A stretch of 64,000 nt of DNA, taken from contig CANQFS010000003.1 of the NCBI GenBank assembly GCA_947599825.1, positions 2,877 to 66,876 of the forward strand, in the 5' to 3' direction. The notes beneath the pieces were generated by a model that worked only from the letters and a program-made list of their open reading frames with translations, was not told the DNA's origin and did not search any database. A program made the translations under genes and the position numbers. Origin of the DNA: an uncultured Clostridia bacterium (GTDB lineage Bacteria > Bacillota > Clostridia > TANB77 > CAG-508). Shown here in pieces: positions 47,637 through 57,606 of the stretch. How positions within the stretch are numbered: the stretch's first letter is position 1; each line of letters opens with the position of its first letter.

Positions 47637-48864
47637 TTCCATAGGCTAATTTACAAGCTAAAATTCTTCTTACTGCTGTATTGATGGTTTCTTCAGAAAT
47701 TTCTCCTGTTGCTATTGCATTTAATACTTGCTGTTTTTCTTCTTCAAAATTAGAAGAAATAAGCATATCGTTTCCGGCTTTTACTGCCTGCACAGCAGCC
47801 TTTTTATTTTCGACATATTGTTTTACCGCATCCATTGCTAAATCGTCTGTTATAATAAGTCCAGAAAAATTTAAGTCTTCTCTTAAAATTTTGTGCACTT
47901 CTTTAGATAAAGAGGCTGGGTAGTTCTTGTCCATGCTTTCTACTACATTGTGGCTTACCATAATGGTAGGAGCGCCTATTTTTATTCCCGCTTCAAATGG
48001 CAAAAAATCAGAAGTTGTAAAGGTTTCATAAGGTCTTTGATCTATTGCAATGCCTGTATGTGTATCTTTGTTATTTCCATAACCCGGAAAATGTTTCATG
48101 GAAGATACTATTTTTTCTTCTTTCATAGTTTCAATTACTTTTGTAACATAGGTTGCTGTTTCTTCTGCTCCTTTTCCAAAAGACCTTGCATAAATAAAAT
48201 TAGAAGAAGAAGTTGATACATCGGCTACTGGTGCTAAGTTCATATTTAGTCCTATACTTTTTAATAATTGTGATTTTTCTTTTGCATCTTGTACAATTCT
48301 TTCTAAACCGCCTTCCTTATATAAGGCTTGTGGTGACTGAAAACTAGAGCTACGAAAAGCAGAGTGGCTACTTACTCTAACGACTTTTCCTCCTTCTTCA
48401 TCTACTGCAAAAAACATAGGTATTTTACTGCTTTCTTGATTTTTTTCTAATTCTTGTTTAATACTTTGCGGAGTTTGATTATCAAAGTTGACCGCAAATA
48501 ACACATAACCACCCGGATTTTGCTCTTTTATTTGAGTAATTGCTGAATTTGTTCTTGGATACCTTACTAAAAACATCTGCCCTACTTTTTCTTCTAGCGT
48601 CATATTTTTCATTATTTCTTCTGCCAAAGAATAATAAGCTCCGAATAGTTCTGTGTTTTCTAGTTCTTGCTGTATTTGCGATGTTTCTTCTGTGTTTGCT
48701 TGTTGTATATTGTTTTCTACTATATTTTCTTGTTGTATATTGTTATCGATTGTATTTTTATTCTGTGTTTCTTCTTTCTTTATTTGTGCTAGGTAAAAAA
48801 TGCTAAATAATACAGTCACTAATACCGCTGTTACAAATATGATGATTTGTTTTTTATTTTTCAT
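47626..48864 (-). CDS. Glycoside hydrolase family 3 (beta-N-acetylhexosaminidase-like), membrane anchored
   Basis: KVGQMF, KHFPGYGN and ITDDLAM motifs. The ATG at 48864 follows GGAG. The track start is a TTG. Confidence 0.8.
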   Translation of the reverse strand: MKNKKQIIIFVTAVLVTVLFSIFYLAQIKKEETQNKNTIDNNIQQENIVENNIQQANTEETSQIQQELENTELFGAYYSLAEEIMKNMTLEEKVGQMFLVRYPRTNSAITQIKEQNPGGYVLFAVNFDNQTPQSIKQELEKNQESSKIPMFFAVDEEGGKVVRVSSHSAFRSSSFQSPQALYKEGGLERIVQDAKEKSQLLKSIGLNMNLAPVADVSTSSSNFIYARSFGKGAEETATYVTKVIETMKEEKIVSSMKHFPGYGNNKDTHTGIAIDQRPYETFTTSDFLPFEAGIKIGAPTIMVSHNVVESMDKNYPASLSKEVHKILREDLNFSGLIITDDLAMDAVKQYVENKKAAVQAVKAGNDMLISSNFEEEKQQVLNAIATGEISEETINTAVRRILACKLAYGIIL

Positions 48865-48925
48865 TTTTTCTCCTCGTAGAAATTTTAATTTATTCAAATT
48901 TTTCTATATTAAAGTTATATATTAC

Positions 48926-49708
48926 TCATTTTTTATTATATTTTCTATCTAAATATTCTTTTGCACATTTTCGAATTTGCTCCATTTTTTGCTTAGTATC
49001 GTTGTTTTTATATTCTATTCTATCAATTAACTTATCTATGTATTGATGTTCTTTAACATCTTGAATTGAAACTGCAAAGTTTAAATCAAAAATGAAAGCA
49101 AGAAGGCAAATCCAATTATCTAAAATCGTCTTTATATCTTCTGCTAAAATACATTGATGTTTCATAAAGTCTTCATATACTTTTAAGCTAATGGTTTCAT
49201 ATTCAATGGTTTCTTCTTTGTATGTTTTTGGAAATAACTTCTTTAGTTCATAGGTTTCTCTTAGTCTAAAATTATCTAGCTTATCTGCATCTCTTATGAT
49301 TTTTGAATGTAGTAACTCGACATTACTTAGTCCTTCTTCTATTTTATATTTATTATGATTTAATATTGCTTTATAAATGATAGTATCATATTGATTATCT
49401 TCCACAAAGTTTCGAATGAGCCCATCTTGAAATAATATTTTTATTCCATATTCTGCATGGTCTATTTTTGCATCATTCATTTCTTCTACTAACTTTATTT
49501 GTTCAAATCGACCAATATCATGTAGTAAGGCAATTAGCTTAGCAAGTTCAATATTTTCTTGGCTCAATCCTAAATCTTTTGCAATTTCTTCACTTTTTTC
49601 TACTACCCCATAAGTATGTTTTATTTTTCTCTCAATTCCTACATTGTTTTTATCATAATTTTCGACATATTCTTTGAATGCTTTTTGTGCTTTTCTAAAG
49701 TCTATCAT
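48926..49708 (-). CDS. HD-domain phosphohydrolase
   Basis: 260 aa. HTYGV...LLHDIGRFEQ...DHAEYG...RDADKLDN. Confidence 0.7.
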   Translation of the reverse strand: MIDFRKAQKAFKEYVENYDKNNVGIERKIKHTYGVVEKSEEIAKDLGLSQENIELAKLIALLHDIGRFEQIKLVEEMNDAKIDHAEYGIKILFQDGLIRNFVEDNQYDTIIYKAILNHNKYKIEEGLSNVELLHSKIIRDADKLDNFRLRETYELKKLFPKTYKEETIEYETISLKVYEDFMKHQCILAEDIKTILDNWICLLAFIFDLNFAVSIQDVKEHQYIDKLIDRIEYKNNDTKQKMEQIRKCAKEYLDRKYNKK

Positions 49709-49719
49709 TTTATTTTCTC

Positions 49720-50181
49720 CTATTTATATTCCTCTATATGATAACTTGCTAATTTTTCCCCATCATATTCTAATTTTAATGTAAAGAAAGGACTATTTTG
49801 TTGCATTTTTTCAAGAAAGATTTTATCTCCTTCCCATAGATTTAATTTTATAATGTTTTCTTTTTCTACCCATTGCAAGTCGCCTTCATTGCACTCTATT
49901 AAATCTCCTGTAAAATCGTTGGAAGTAAATACGTACATATACTCTGTTTCCCAAGTATTAGATACATAAGTTACCAAACATTTTAATTGATAAGAATGAA
50001 GTGTAAGTCCTGTTTCTTCTTTTACTTCTCTTACAATACACTCTTCTGGACTTTCCTTATCTTCTATTTTTCCTCCAATTCCTATCCATTTATCTTTGTT
50101 AATATCATTTTTCTTTTTAGTCCTATGTAACATTAAATATTTTCCATCTTTTTCTATATAACATACAGTCGAAAGTATCAT
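49720..50181 (-). CDS. NUDIX hydrolase (MutT-like)
   Basis: Nudix box GIGGKIEDKESPEECIVREVKEETGL. The ATG at 50181 is preferred over the GTG at 50274. Confidence 0.8.
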   Translation of the reverse strand: MILSTVCYIEKDGKYLMLHRTKKKNDINKDKWIGIGGKIEDKESPEECIVREVKEETGLTLHSYQLKCLVTYVSNTWETEYMYVFTSNDFTGDLIECNEGDLQWVEKENIIKLNLWEGDKIFLEKMQQNSPFFTLKLEYDGEKLASYHIEEYK

Positions 50182-50403
50182 ATTGATCTCTCCTATTCCT
50201 CGTAATTCCAAATACTTAAATGTCCTTTGGCTTTGATTGGCTTTGTTAGTGGTACGACATTTTCTAGTATCCACGCATATATTTTTTTGTCATTTTATCA
50301 TATCTTACTTTTTATTACAACTAATTGGCACATAAAAAATGAGCCTTAGAATTTCTATTAAATACAAATTTAAAGAAAATCTAAAGCTCGACTTTTAGTT
50401 ATC

Positions 50404-50443
50404 CACAGGATTTTATATTTTTTGCTCCGTCCCTATAATATAA
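50404..50443. repeat. Type D repeat CACAGGATTTTATATTTTTTGCTCCGTCCCTATAATATAA
   Basis: Second copy of the 47598 element. It ends 1 nt before the TspO stop codon. Confidence 0.9.
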
Positions 50444-50444
50444 A

Positions 50445-50915
50445 TTATCTATTCAAAAGATAAAACGATAAATTTAAGTAAGATGCAAATAGTATCCATA
50501 GCAAATATGGAATTTGCAATAAGCCTGCTATTTTATCTTTTTTATAAAATTCTATAATCATTGAAATAACAAATACAATTAGAAGTAGAATCCAGAAAAA
50601 GGAAAATAGTCTCCATTTTAAGGTAAAAAAGAAAATAGACCACAATGCGTTAATTGCAAGTTGCATGTAGTAAATAAAGTTAATTTTGTCATCAGTAATC
50701 CATTTTACTTTTAGTCTTCCATAAGAAACACCCATTAAAATATAAAGAATCGTCCATATAATTGGAAATAGAATAGCTGGTGGTGCTAAAAATGGCTTTT
50801 GTAAAGAAGTATAGTCCATTGAGCCAGAAATAATAAAACCTACTATACCTCCTATTATTACTGGAACTAGGATTGACTTAATATAAATCCATATTTTACT
50901 CATATAGTTAGTCAC
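50445..50915 (-). CDS. TspO/MBR family tryptophan-rich membrane protein
   Basis: 156 aa, 5 TM segments, PPAILFPIIWTILYILMG and NALWSIFFF patterns. Confidence 0.8.
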   Translation of the reverse strand: MTNYMSKIWIYIKSILVPVIIGGIVGFIISGSMDYTSLQKPFLAPPAILFPIIWTILYILMGVSYGRLKVKWITDDKINFIYYMQLAINALWSIFFFTLKWRLFSFFWILLLIVFVISMIIEFYKKDKIAGLLQIPYLLWILFASYLNLSFYLLNR

Positions 50916-50961
50916 CTCTATTTCATTATATTAGCAACTATATAAAATATAACAGATTTCT

Positions 50962-53157
50962 TTATTTTTCTTCTCCTTCATATTGCATTTGTTTAACTTT
51001 CGGAATTTTAGTTAGCCAAGCAAAGTCTTTTCTTTGTTTTGCTTTTTCTGCTAATTCTTTTAGTTTTTTTGCCGCTTCTTGATGTTCTTCTTCATATTTT
51101 TTTGCATCTTCACTAATGATATAACCATTTAAATACTTCTCATAAGTGTCTAGCATTCCAATTTCATACACATAGGTATTGGATAAAAATTTGCTTAACT
51201 TTGGAACTTCTCTTTCTAAAAATTCTCTAAATTCAAGTAGACTAAGCCTATCAGATACCCTATTTTCTCTTGGTTTAATTTCAATGGTTCCTACATTGCC
51301 AAACATTTCATAAATTTCATTGTGGTAATTAGCATTATTAAAGGAAATATCTATTAAAACGCCATTAATATCTATTGTATATAAATATCTTACATTCATT
51401 ACGTCTAAAACTGGTGATATATCTTCTTTTTGTAATCCTATTGTAGTTAAAAATTCTGCATAGTCTTCTATTTTTGTACTATCTCCAATTTCTTCTTCTT
51501 TCCTTCGAACTGTGAAATTACTTTGCCCTTCTTTTTGATATGTTTTATAAGTAGCCCTTCTTGCTTTAAAGCCATAGGTTTCCTCTACACCATGGAAAGT
51601 AGTTCCTGTTCTAATACGAAAAGCCTTTTTATTTTCTAATAATGCATAGTCATCTATATTATCATAATAAACGTCGTTTGACATATATTTTGCACTATCT
51701 ACAATTTTATATTGCTGTTCAATTTTTTGCTTAATTTGCTCGCCTTTTACACTACCTTCTGTTAAAACGTAACGAAGTTCAAACTCATCTTTTGCCTTAG
51801 TTACTGTGCTTATAACTTCCTCTATAGTTCTTTTATATTTTTGTTCAAATTCTTCTTGTGAAATGCCTAGTTCTAAGCGTAACATTTCCATGCTAATAGC
51901 TGTTACTTTTTTTGAAAAAGGTTCCAGTTTAATTAAATCTTGCTGAATATCTTGATAGTCCTCAATTCCATTACGTGTGATTACATTGATGTTATCATTT
52001 TCATTAGATTTGTATGGTTTAATTGGTCTTTCTTCTACTACTAATCCTTTTGTATTTTCCGGAATTTCTGGAATTGCTTTATGTAATAAATAACGAATAT
52101 AGCTTTCTTTTTTGTCAGTGTTTAGCACTTGATAAGTTTTGGTCATTTGCGTAATGTCACATAATTGTTTTAACGTTTCATTTTTCGTTTGATTTTTTAT
52201 TTTTTCTAAAGCATCATTTAAAGTAGTTTGAGTAATGGTCATATATTCTTGCGTGGTAAATGATGCTTTGCTATTGGTTAGAAAAGTTTGCAAAATTGGT
52301 CTAATATCGCTTGGCATTTCTTCTTTATGATTTTGTAGTTCTTTTAATAAAAATTCTAATACATGATCTCCTATGATAGATGGAGCGCAAAAATATATAT
52401 CTCTATAATTTCTTGCTCTTTCTAAAATTGCCATATCTACTAATATTTTCTTTTCTTCGGGAATGGCAACTATAATTTTATCTACATCTAGAACAAATTC
52501 AAAACTTGCAATTAGTTCATCGACCTGCGTTAAAACCTTATATCCTGCTTTTTGAGAGTCTCTTACTAAATAATCTAATCTATCTGCATCAATATTGTTG
52601 GAAATAAGAGAAGCAAGTAAATCTTCTAAATGAACTGTTCCATTTTCTATTTTTACATCAGAAAGTGGCTTGTCTTGCTTTTTGTGCTCATAAACCCTCT
52701 CTAAAAATTCTCCTACTTTGTTTGTAAAATTTTCTCCATAAAATTCTTTTAAAATTTGATGGATTTGCGTATTTTCATCTTTTACAATATCAATGCTTCT
52801 TCTTTCATGAGAATATCCTGTCATTTTTTCTAAGGTATGAGAATAAGCACCATGTCCAATATCGTGAAGAAGCATAGCAATTTTCGCAATTTCTTTTTCT
52901 TCTTCATTTACTTGAATGCCTTGCATAGCAAGCTTATTTTCAATATTTTGAATAATTTGGCACATTAAATGGTAAGAGCCCACGCTGTGGTCATACCTTG
53001 TTTCACTTTTCATTTCTGGATATTGCAAATAAGAAGTTCCGGTTTGCACAATATCTTTTAGTCTTTGAAAATCTTGACTTTGTACTAACTCTTTATAAAC
53101 TCCTTCTAAAGTAATATTTCCGTGTACTTCATCTTTTATTACAAATTGTTCACTCAT
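50962..53157 (-). CDS. SAMHD1-like HD-domain (dNTP triphosphohydrolase-type) protein fused to a C-terminal CYTH-like domain
   Basis: N-terminus: RYDHSVGSYHL, LLHDIGHGAYSH, DADRLDYLVRD. C-terminus: EFELRY (ExExK-like), AFRIRTG, ATYKTY, RRKEEEIG, TIEIKPRE strand motifs of triphosphate tunnel enzymes. Confidence 0.65.
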   Translation of the reverse strand: MSEQFVIKDEVHGNITLEGVYKELVQSQDFQRLKDIVQTGTSYLQYPEMKSETRYDHSVGSYHLMCQIIQNIENKLAMQGIQVNEEEKEIAKIAMLLHDIGHGAYSHTLEKMTGYSHERRSIDIVKDENTQIHQILKEFYGENFTNKVGEFLERVYEHKKQDKPLSDVKIENGTVHLEDLLASLISNNIDADRLDYLVRDSQKAGYKVLTQVDELIASFEFVLDVDKIIVAIPEEKKILVDMAILERARNYRDIYFCAPSIIGDHVLEFLLKELQNHKEEMPSDIRPILQTFLTNSKASFTTQEYMTITQTTLNDALEKIKNQTKNETLKQLCDITQMTKTYQVLNTDKKESYIRYLLHKAIPEIPENTKGLVVEERPIKPYKSNENDNINVITRNGIEDYQDIQQDLIKLEPFSKKVTAISMEMLRLELGISQEEFEQKYKRTIEEVISTVTKAKDEFELRYVLTEGSVKGEQIKQKIEQQYKIVDSAKYMSNDVYYDNIDDYALLENKKAFRIRTGTTFHGVEETYGFKARRATYKTYQKEGQSNFTVRRKEEEIGDSTKIEDYAEFLTTIGLQKEDISPVLDVMNVRYLYTIDINGVLIDISFNNANYHNEIYEMFGNVGTIEIKPRENRVSDRLSLLEFREFLEREVPKLSKFLSNTYVYEIGMLDTYEKYLNGYIISEDAKKYEEEHQEAAKKLKELAEKAKQRKDFAWLTKIPKVKQMQYEGEEK

Positions 53158-53194
53158 ATATTTCTACGTCCTTTTTATTAATTGGTATCCATTA

Positions 53195-53245
53195 GGTACC
53201 ATTAGGGACGTTTCCTTTTGGTACATCTGTCCCTTTTGGTAACCT
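53195..53245. repeat. GTCCC-core repeat cluster, type B (GGTACCATTAGGGACGTTTCCTTTTGGTACATCTGTCCCTTTTGGTAACC)
   Basis: Shares the GGTACATCTGTCCCTTTTGG and GGGACGTTTCC modules with 21414-21480 and 53654-53712. Confidence 0.9.
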
Positions 53246-53380
53246 TTTTTATTAAATAATGAAATAGTTAAATTTATTTATTTTTAAATTTTCTTATTTT
53301 TGATAATATTGCCTAAAATTACGCTAAAAAATAAAATTTAATATATATTTACTTCAGTTTGCTTTCAATATCTTATAAAT

Positions 53381-53432
53381 GTACCTTTAGAAAACGTCCC
53401 CAATGGTACCTAGGAAACGTCCCCAAAGGTAC
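53381..53432. repeat. GTCCC-core repeats, type B (two AAACGTCCCCAA(T/A)GGTAC modules)
   Basis: The second module encodes the last 6 codons plus the stop (TFGDVS*) of dnaE. Confidence 0.9.
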
Positions 53433-56400
53433 AATTTTCTTTTCCTACTATTTCTTGCAACTCTTCTAGCGTATTTCCATTTAGGAAGATGCCTCCTGCT
53501 GGCATTTTCTTTTCTTCATTTATAATTTGCACAGGTGCATTGTTCTTATCTCCTGTAAAGAATTTTAATGCTCCTCTTAATTGTTCCTTTTTTTCTTCAG
53601 TTAAATTGGTAATATTTATTTCTAAAATTTTTCTTGTTGTCATATTTTTCGATGTACCAAAAGGGACAGATGTACCTTTTGGAAACGTCCCCAAAGGAGC
53701 GCCCAAAGGAACAATTTTGTTTGCAATGATGGTTACGTTTTGGTCTTCTTCTCTGATGCTTAAGCGACCTTCCACTAACACTACATTATCTTCCATTAGA
53801 GTAGAACCTGTAGATTGATACGCATTTTCAAAAACGATTATTTCCATGCTTCCGTACAAGTCTTCCATACTAACAAATGCCATAATTTTGTTGTTTTTGG
53901 TGTATTTCTTTTTGATACTATTGATGATTCCTGCAAATTTGACATTTTGTCCATCTTGAAATGGAAATCTTCCTGTTTGTTCTAATTCGTCTAGTCCTTC
54001 TCTTATGGCTAGTGTGTTAATGTTGGTTAACATTTCTATTTGCTCTTTTAGCCCTGCTAATGGGTGTCCTGAAATATATAGTCCAAGCATTTCTTTTTCC
54101 ATTGATAATAATTCTTTTTCGGAATATTCTTTTAATGTATGATAGTTATATTTTAGTTTTTCTAATTCACTTGCTTGTTGATTTGCTAAATTTGATTTAT
54201 TTGAATCGTTTTCTGCTTTTTCAGAGTTTTCTGCATTCTCTACATTGGCATTTGCTAAACCTCCTAAGCCCATTAGGTCAAACATAGAAACTTGTCCTTT
54301 GAAGTTCTTTTTGGAAGCATCTGAAATAGAATCTAATATTTCTTCAAATGATGCCATTAATGTACTTCTGGTTTGTTCAAATTCATCAAAACAACCTGCT
54401 TTTATTAAACTTTCAATACATTTTTTATTGACCGCTTCTTCGTGAATTCTTTCACAAAAATCAGTAAAGCTTTTATAGTCTCCGTTTTTTTCTCTTTCTT
54501 CTACTATGGCATCTACAGCTGAAGTTCCTACATTTTTAATGCTTCCCATACCAAATCGTATTTTTCCATTATCTACCGTAAATTTGGTATAACTTTTGTT
54601 AATATCTGGCTTTAATATTTCAATGTTCAAACGTTTACATTCTTCTATGTAATATGGCACTTTTCCCAAATTTCCTAAAAAACTATTTAAGGTAGCTGCC
54701 ATAAATTCTTCTGGATAGTATGCTTTTAAGTAAGCGGTTTGGTAAGAAACTACGGCATAGGCTGCTGCGTGAGATTTGTTGAAAGCGTATTTTGCAAATT
54801 CTGCCATTTCATCAAATATGGTGTTAGCACTTTTCTCATCAATGCCATTTCTTACGCAACCTGGAACTACTACATTTCCTTCTTCGTCTACTTGTCCATG
54901 AATAAAGATTTCTCTTTCTTTTGCCATTACATCTAGCTTTTTCTTGCCCATGGCACGACGTACTAAGTCTGCTCTACCTAAAGAATAGCCTGCTAAGTCA
55001 CGTACAATTTGCATTACCTGTTCTTGGTAAACCATACAGCCATAGGTTACTTCTAGTATTGGTTCTAAAGAAGGGTGGGTGTATGCCGCATGCTCTGGGT
55101 CTTTTTTATTGGCAATATACCTTGGTATTTGGTCCATTGGTCCTGGTCTATATAAAGACACCCCTGCAATGATATCCTCTAAACTATCTGGCTTTAATTC
55201 CTTCATAAAGTTTGTCATTCCTTGGCTTTCAAATTGGAAAATGCCTACGGAATTTCCTTCTTGCCATAGTTTAAATACTTTAGGGTCATTCATATTTTTA
55301 TCAAATACTACATCAATATTTCTATTCTTTTTAACTAAATCTATGGTATCTTGAATAACTGTTAGTGTTCTTAATCCTAGGAAGTCCATTTTTAAAAGAC
55401 CTAGTTCTTCTAGGGTAGTCATGATAAATTGTGTAGAAATAGTACCTTCTCTTACATATAAAGGAACGTAGGTATCAACTGGTTCTTTTGTAATAACAAT
55501 ACCACAGGCATGTGTAGATGCTTGTCGTGGCATTCCCTCTAAGGCCATAGCAATATCTAAAAGTTTTTTCATTTCGGCATTGGTTTCGTATAAATCTCTT
55601 AGTTCCTTATTTTGTTCCATTGCCTTTTTTATTGTAATATGAATTTCATTTGGAATCATTCTTGCTAGTTTATCTGCTTCTGCATAAGGAACATCTAACA
55701 CTCTTGCAACGTCTCTAATGACCATTTTAGCTGCCATAGTGCCAAAGGTAATAATTTGCGATACATGGTCATAACCATATTTCTCGCATACATATTCAAT
55801 TACTTTATCTCTTTTTTCATAGCAAAAGTCAACGTCAAAGTCGGGCATGCTAATTCTTTCTGGGTTTAAGAAACGCTCAAATAGTAGATTGTATTTTAAA
55901 GGGTCAATATCTGTAATTCCAATAGCGTAGGCTACAATAGAACCTGCTCCTGAACCACGTCCTGGTCCTACTGGAATATCATGAGTTTTGGCAAAATTGA
56001 TATAGTCCCATACAATTAAGAAATAATCTACATAGCCCATTTTTTGAATAACGCCTAATTCATATTCTGCTCTTTTTCTAATTTCTTCTGAAAGTTCTTC
56101 GTAAGTGTCATTTTCTTTTCCGTAACGCTTAATTAGACCTTCTTTTGTTAGATGTTCTATATAATCATAGTGAGTTTCAAAGCCTTCTGGTACATCATAA
56201 TTAGGAAGAATAGTATGTCCAAATTCAAATTCCACGTTGCACTTTTCTGCAATTTTTACAGTATTTTCAATGGCTTCTGGAACATTTGAAAAATAATCAC
56301 TCATCTCTTCTGGTGATTTAATGTATAATTCGTCTGTATCAAAACGCATTCTATCTTCATCTGACATTTTTTTGCCTGTTTGAATGCATAATAATACCTC

Positions 56401-57051
56401 GTGGTTATAAGCATCTTCTCTTCTTGAATAATGGGCATCGTTTGTTGCAACAAGTGGAATATCTAGTTCTTTGGATAATTCTATTAACTTTTGATTAACT
56501 AGAATTTGCTGTTTTATACCATTGTTTTGAATTTCTAAATAATAGTCATCTTTGAATAAATCTTTAAACCACAAAGCTACTTTCTTTGCTTCTTCCATAT
56601 CATTATTTAAAATGGCTTGATTGACTTCTCCTGCTAAACAAGCACTACAACATACTAACCCTTCATGATATTTTGTTAGTATTTCTTTATCTATACGAGG
56701 TTTATAGTAAAAGCCTTCTGTGTAACTTAAGGAAACTAATTTAGATAGATTTTGGTAGCCTTGCTTGTCTTTTGCAAGTAAAATTAAGTGATTGTATTTG
56801 CTATCTATATTAGGGTCTTTGTCATGTCTTGTTCTAGGTGCTACATACACCTCACACCCAATAATTGGCTTTACTCCGTTTGCTTTGCAGGCTTTGTAAA
56901 AGTCAATAACGCCAAACATAGCACCATGGTCAGTAATGGCAATGGCGTCCATGCCAAGTTCTTTGGCAATAACTGGAATATCTTTTATTCTGTTGGCTCC
57001 ATCTAGTAAACTAAATTCACTATGGATATGTAAATGAACAAATTTTGACAT
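53410..57051 (-). CDS. dnaE: DNA polymerase III alpha subunit (DnaE type, N-terminal PHP domain)
   Basis: 1213 aa. FVHLHIHSEFSLLDGA PHP motif, PDFDVDF catalytic motif, HAAGIV-like HACGIVI, and an OB fold near the C-terminus. Confidence 0.95.
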   Translation of the reverse strand: MSKFVHLHIHSEFSLLDGANRIKDIPVIAKELGMDAIAITDHGAMFGVIDFYKACKANGVKPIIGCEVYVAPRTRHDKDPNIDSKYNHLILLAKDKQGYQNLSKLVSLSYTEGFYYKPRIDKEILTKYHEGLVCCSACLAGEVNQAILNNDMEEAKKVALWFKDLFKDDYYLEIQNNGIKQQILVNQKLIELSKELDIPLVATNDAHYSRREDAYNHEVLLCIQTGKKMSDEDRMRFDTDELYIKSPEEMSDYFSNVPEAIENTVKIAEKCNVEFEFGHTILPNYDVPEGFETHYDYIEHLTKEGLIKRYGKENDTYEELSEEIRKRAEYELGVIQKMGYVDYFLIVWDYINFAKTHDIPVGPGRGSGAGSIVAYAIGITDIDPLKYNLLFERFLNPERISMPDFDVDFCYEKRDKVIEYVCEKYGYDHVSQIITFGTMAAKMVIRDVARVLDVPYAEADKLARMIPNEIHITIKKAMEQNKELRDLYETNAEMKKLLDIAMALEGMPRQASTHACGIVITKEPVDTYVPLYVREGTISTQFIMTTLEELGLLKMDFLGLRTLTVIQDTIDLVKKNRNIDVVFDKNMNDPKVFKLWQEGNSVGIFQFESQGMTNFMKELKPDSLEDIIAGVSLYRPGPMDQIPRYIANKKDPEHAAYTHPSLEPILEVTYGCMVYQEQVMQIVRDLAGYSLGRADLVRRAMGKKKLDVMAKEREIFIHGQVDEEGNVVVPGCVRNGIDEKSANTIFDEMAEFAKYAFNKSHAAAYAVVSYQTAYLKAYYPEEFMAATLNSFLGNLGKVPYYIEECKRLNIEILKPDINKSYTKFTVDNGKIRFGMGSIKNVGTSAVDAIVEEREKNGDYKSFTDFCERIHEEAVNKKCIESLIKAGCFDEFEQTRSTLMASFEEILDSISDASKKNFKGQVSMFDLMGLGGLANANVENAENSEKAENDSNKSNLANQQASELEKLKYNYHTLKEYSEKELLSMEKEMLGLYISGHPLAGLKEQIEMLTNINTLAIREGLDELEQTGRFPFQDGQNVKFAGIINSIKKKYTKNNKIMAFVSMEDLYGSMEIIVFENAYQSTGSTLMEDNVVLVEGRLSIREEDQNVTIIANKIVPLGAPLGTFPKGTSVPFGTSKNMTTRKILEINITNLTEEKKEQLRGALKFFTGDKNNAPVQIINEEKKMPAGGIFLNGNTLEELQEIVGKENCTFGDVS
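53654..53712. repeat. GTCCC-core type B repeat lying in frame inside dnaE
   Basis: gtaccaaaagggacagatgtaccttttggaaacgtccccaaaggagcgcccaaaggaac encodes PLGAPLGTFPKGTSVPFGT on the minus strand. Confidence 0.85.
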
Positions 57052-57087
57052 TTTTCTTCCTTTCTCTTTTTTTAGTTAGTAAGGGCT

Positions 57088-57132
57088 GGTACAAATTGTC
57101 CCTAACTGTCCCATTTGTCCTTAAGGGCGTCC
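57088..57132. repeat. GTCCC-core repeat, type C (GGTACAAATTGTCCCTAACTGTCCCATTTGTCC + TTAAGGGCGTCC)
   Basis: Same 5' module as 39384 and 57607. It overlaps the last codons (GSIGRP*) of the HTH gene. Confidence 0.85.
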
Positions 57133-57519
57133 TATAGACCCAAACCATAAGGTTACTAATATTAATGTTCCATAAATAATAATTTGAGTTAATGCATAAG
57201 TTGCATAAAATGAAATTCCAAGTATTAAACTTAATACTCTAATAAAATAAATATGTATCCCATCTACTCCTGATTGCAATGTTTTTTGTTTTTTATCAAT
57301 TATTTCAGCGCTTGGAATCATATAAATTTCAGATAATTTATAAATCGTATCTAAGTCTGGAAATTCTAAATCACGTTCCCATTTTTTTATATTTATTTTT
57401 TGCACATTTATCATATTGATTTTTTCTACTAGGTCTTCTTCTGTAAGGTTATGCTGTTTTCTTGTTTCATATAGCCATTGACCAAAATCAATATAATCTT
57501 TATCCTTTTTCTTTTTCAT
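57121..57519 (-). CDS. XRE-family helix-turn-helix protein with C-terminal TM segments
   Basis: FGQWLYETRKQHNLTEEDLVEKINMINVQKINIKKWE is HTH_3-like. Two hydrophobic helices lie at the C-terminus. Confidence 0.65.
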   Translation of the reverse strand: MKKKKDKDYIDFGQWLYETRKQHNLTEEDLVEKINMINVQKINIKKWERDLEFPDLDTIYKLSEIYMIPSAEIIDKKQKTLQSGVDGIHIYFIRVLSLILGISFYATYALTQIIIYGTLILVTLWFGSIGRP

Positions 57520-57606
57520 TTTACATTTATCTCCTGTATTAATCTTCGTTACTACTAATATGTAAATAAAGAAATTTAGACATTTTTTATTCTTATTTTA
57601 AGAGCT

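Noticed and set aside
53381-53432. GGGGACGTT strings considered as a possible tmRNA (ssrA) 5' end.
   Set aside because: Only the first 8-9 nt resemble the ssrA start. No tRNA-like acceptor/T-arm partner or tag reading frame follows, and the string is part of the dispersed repeat.
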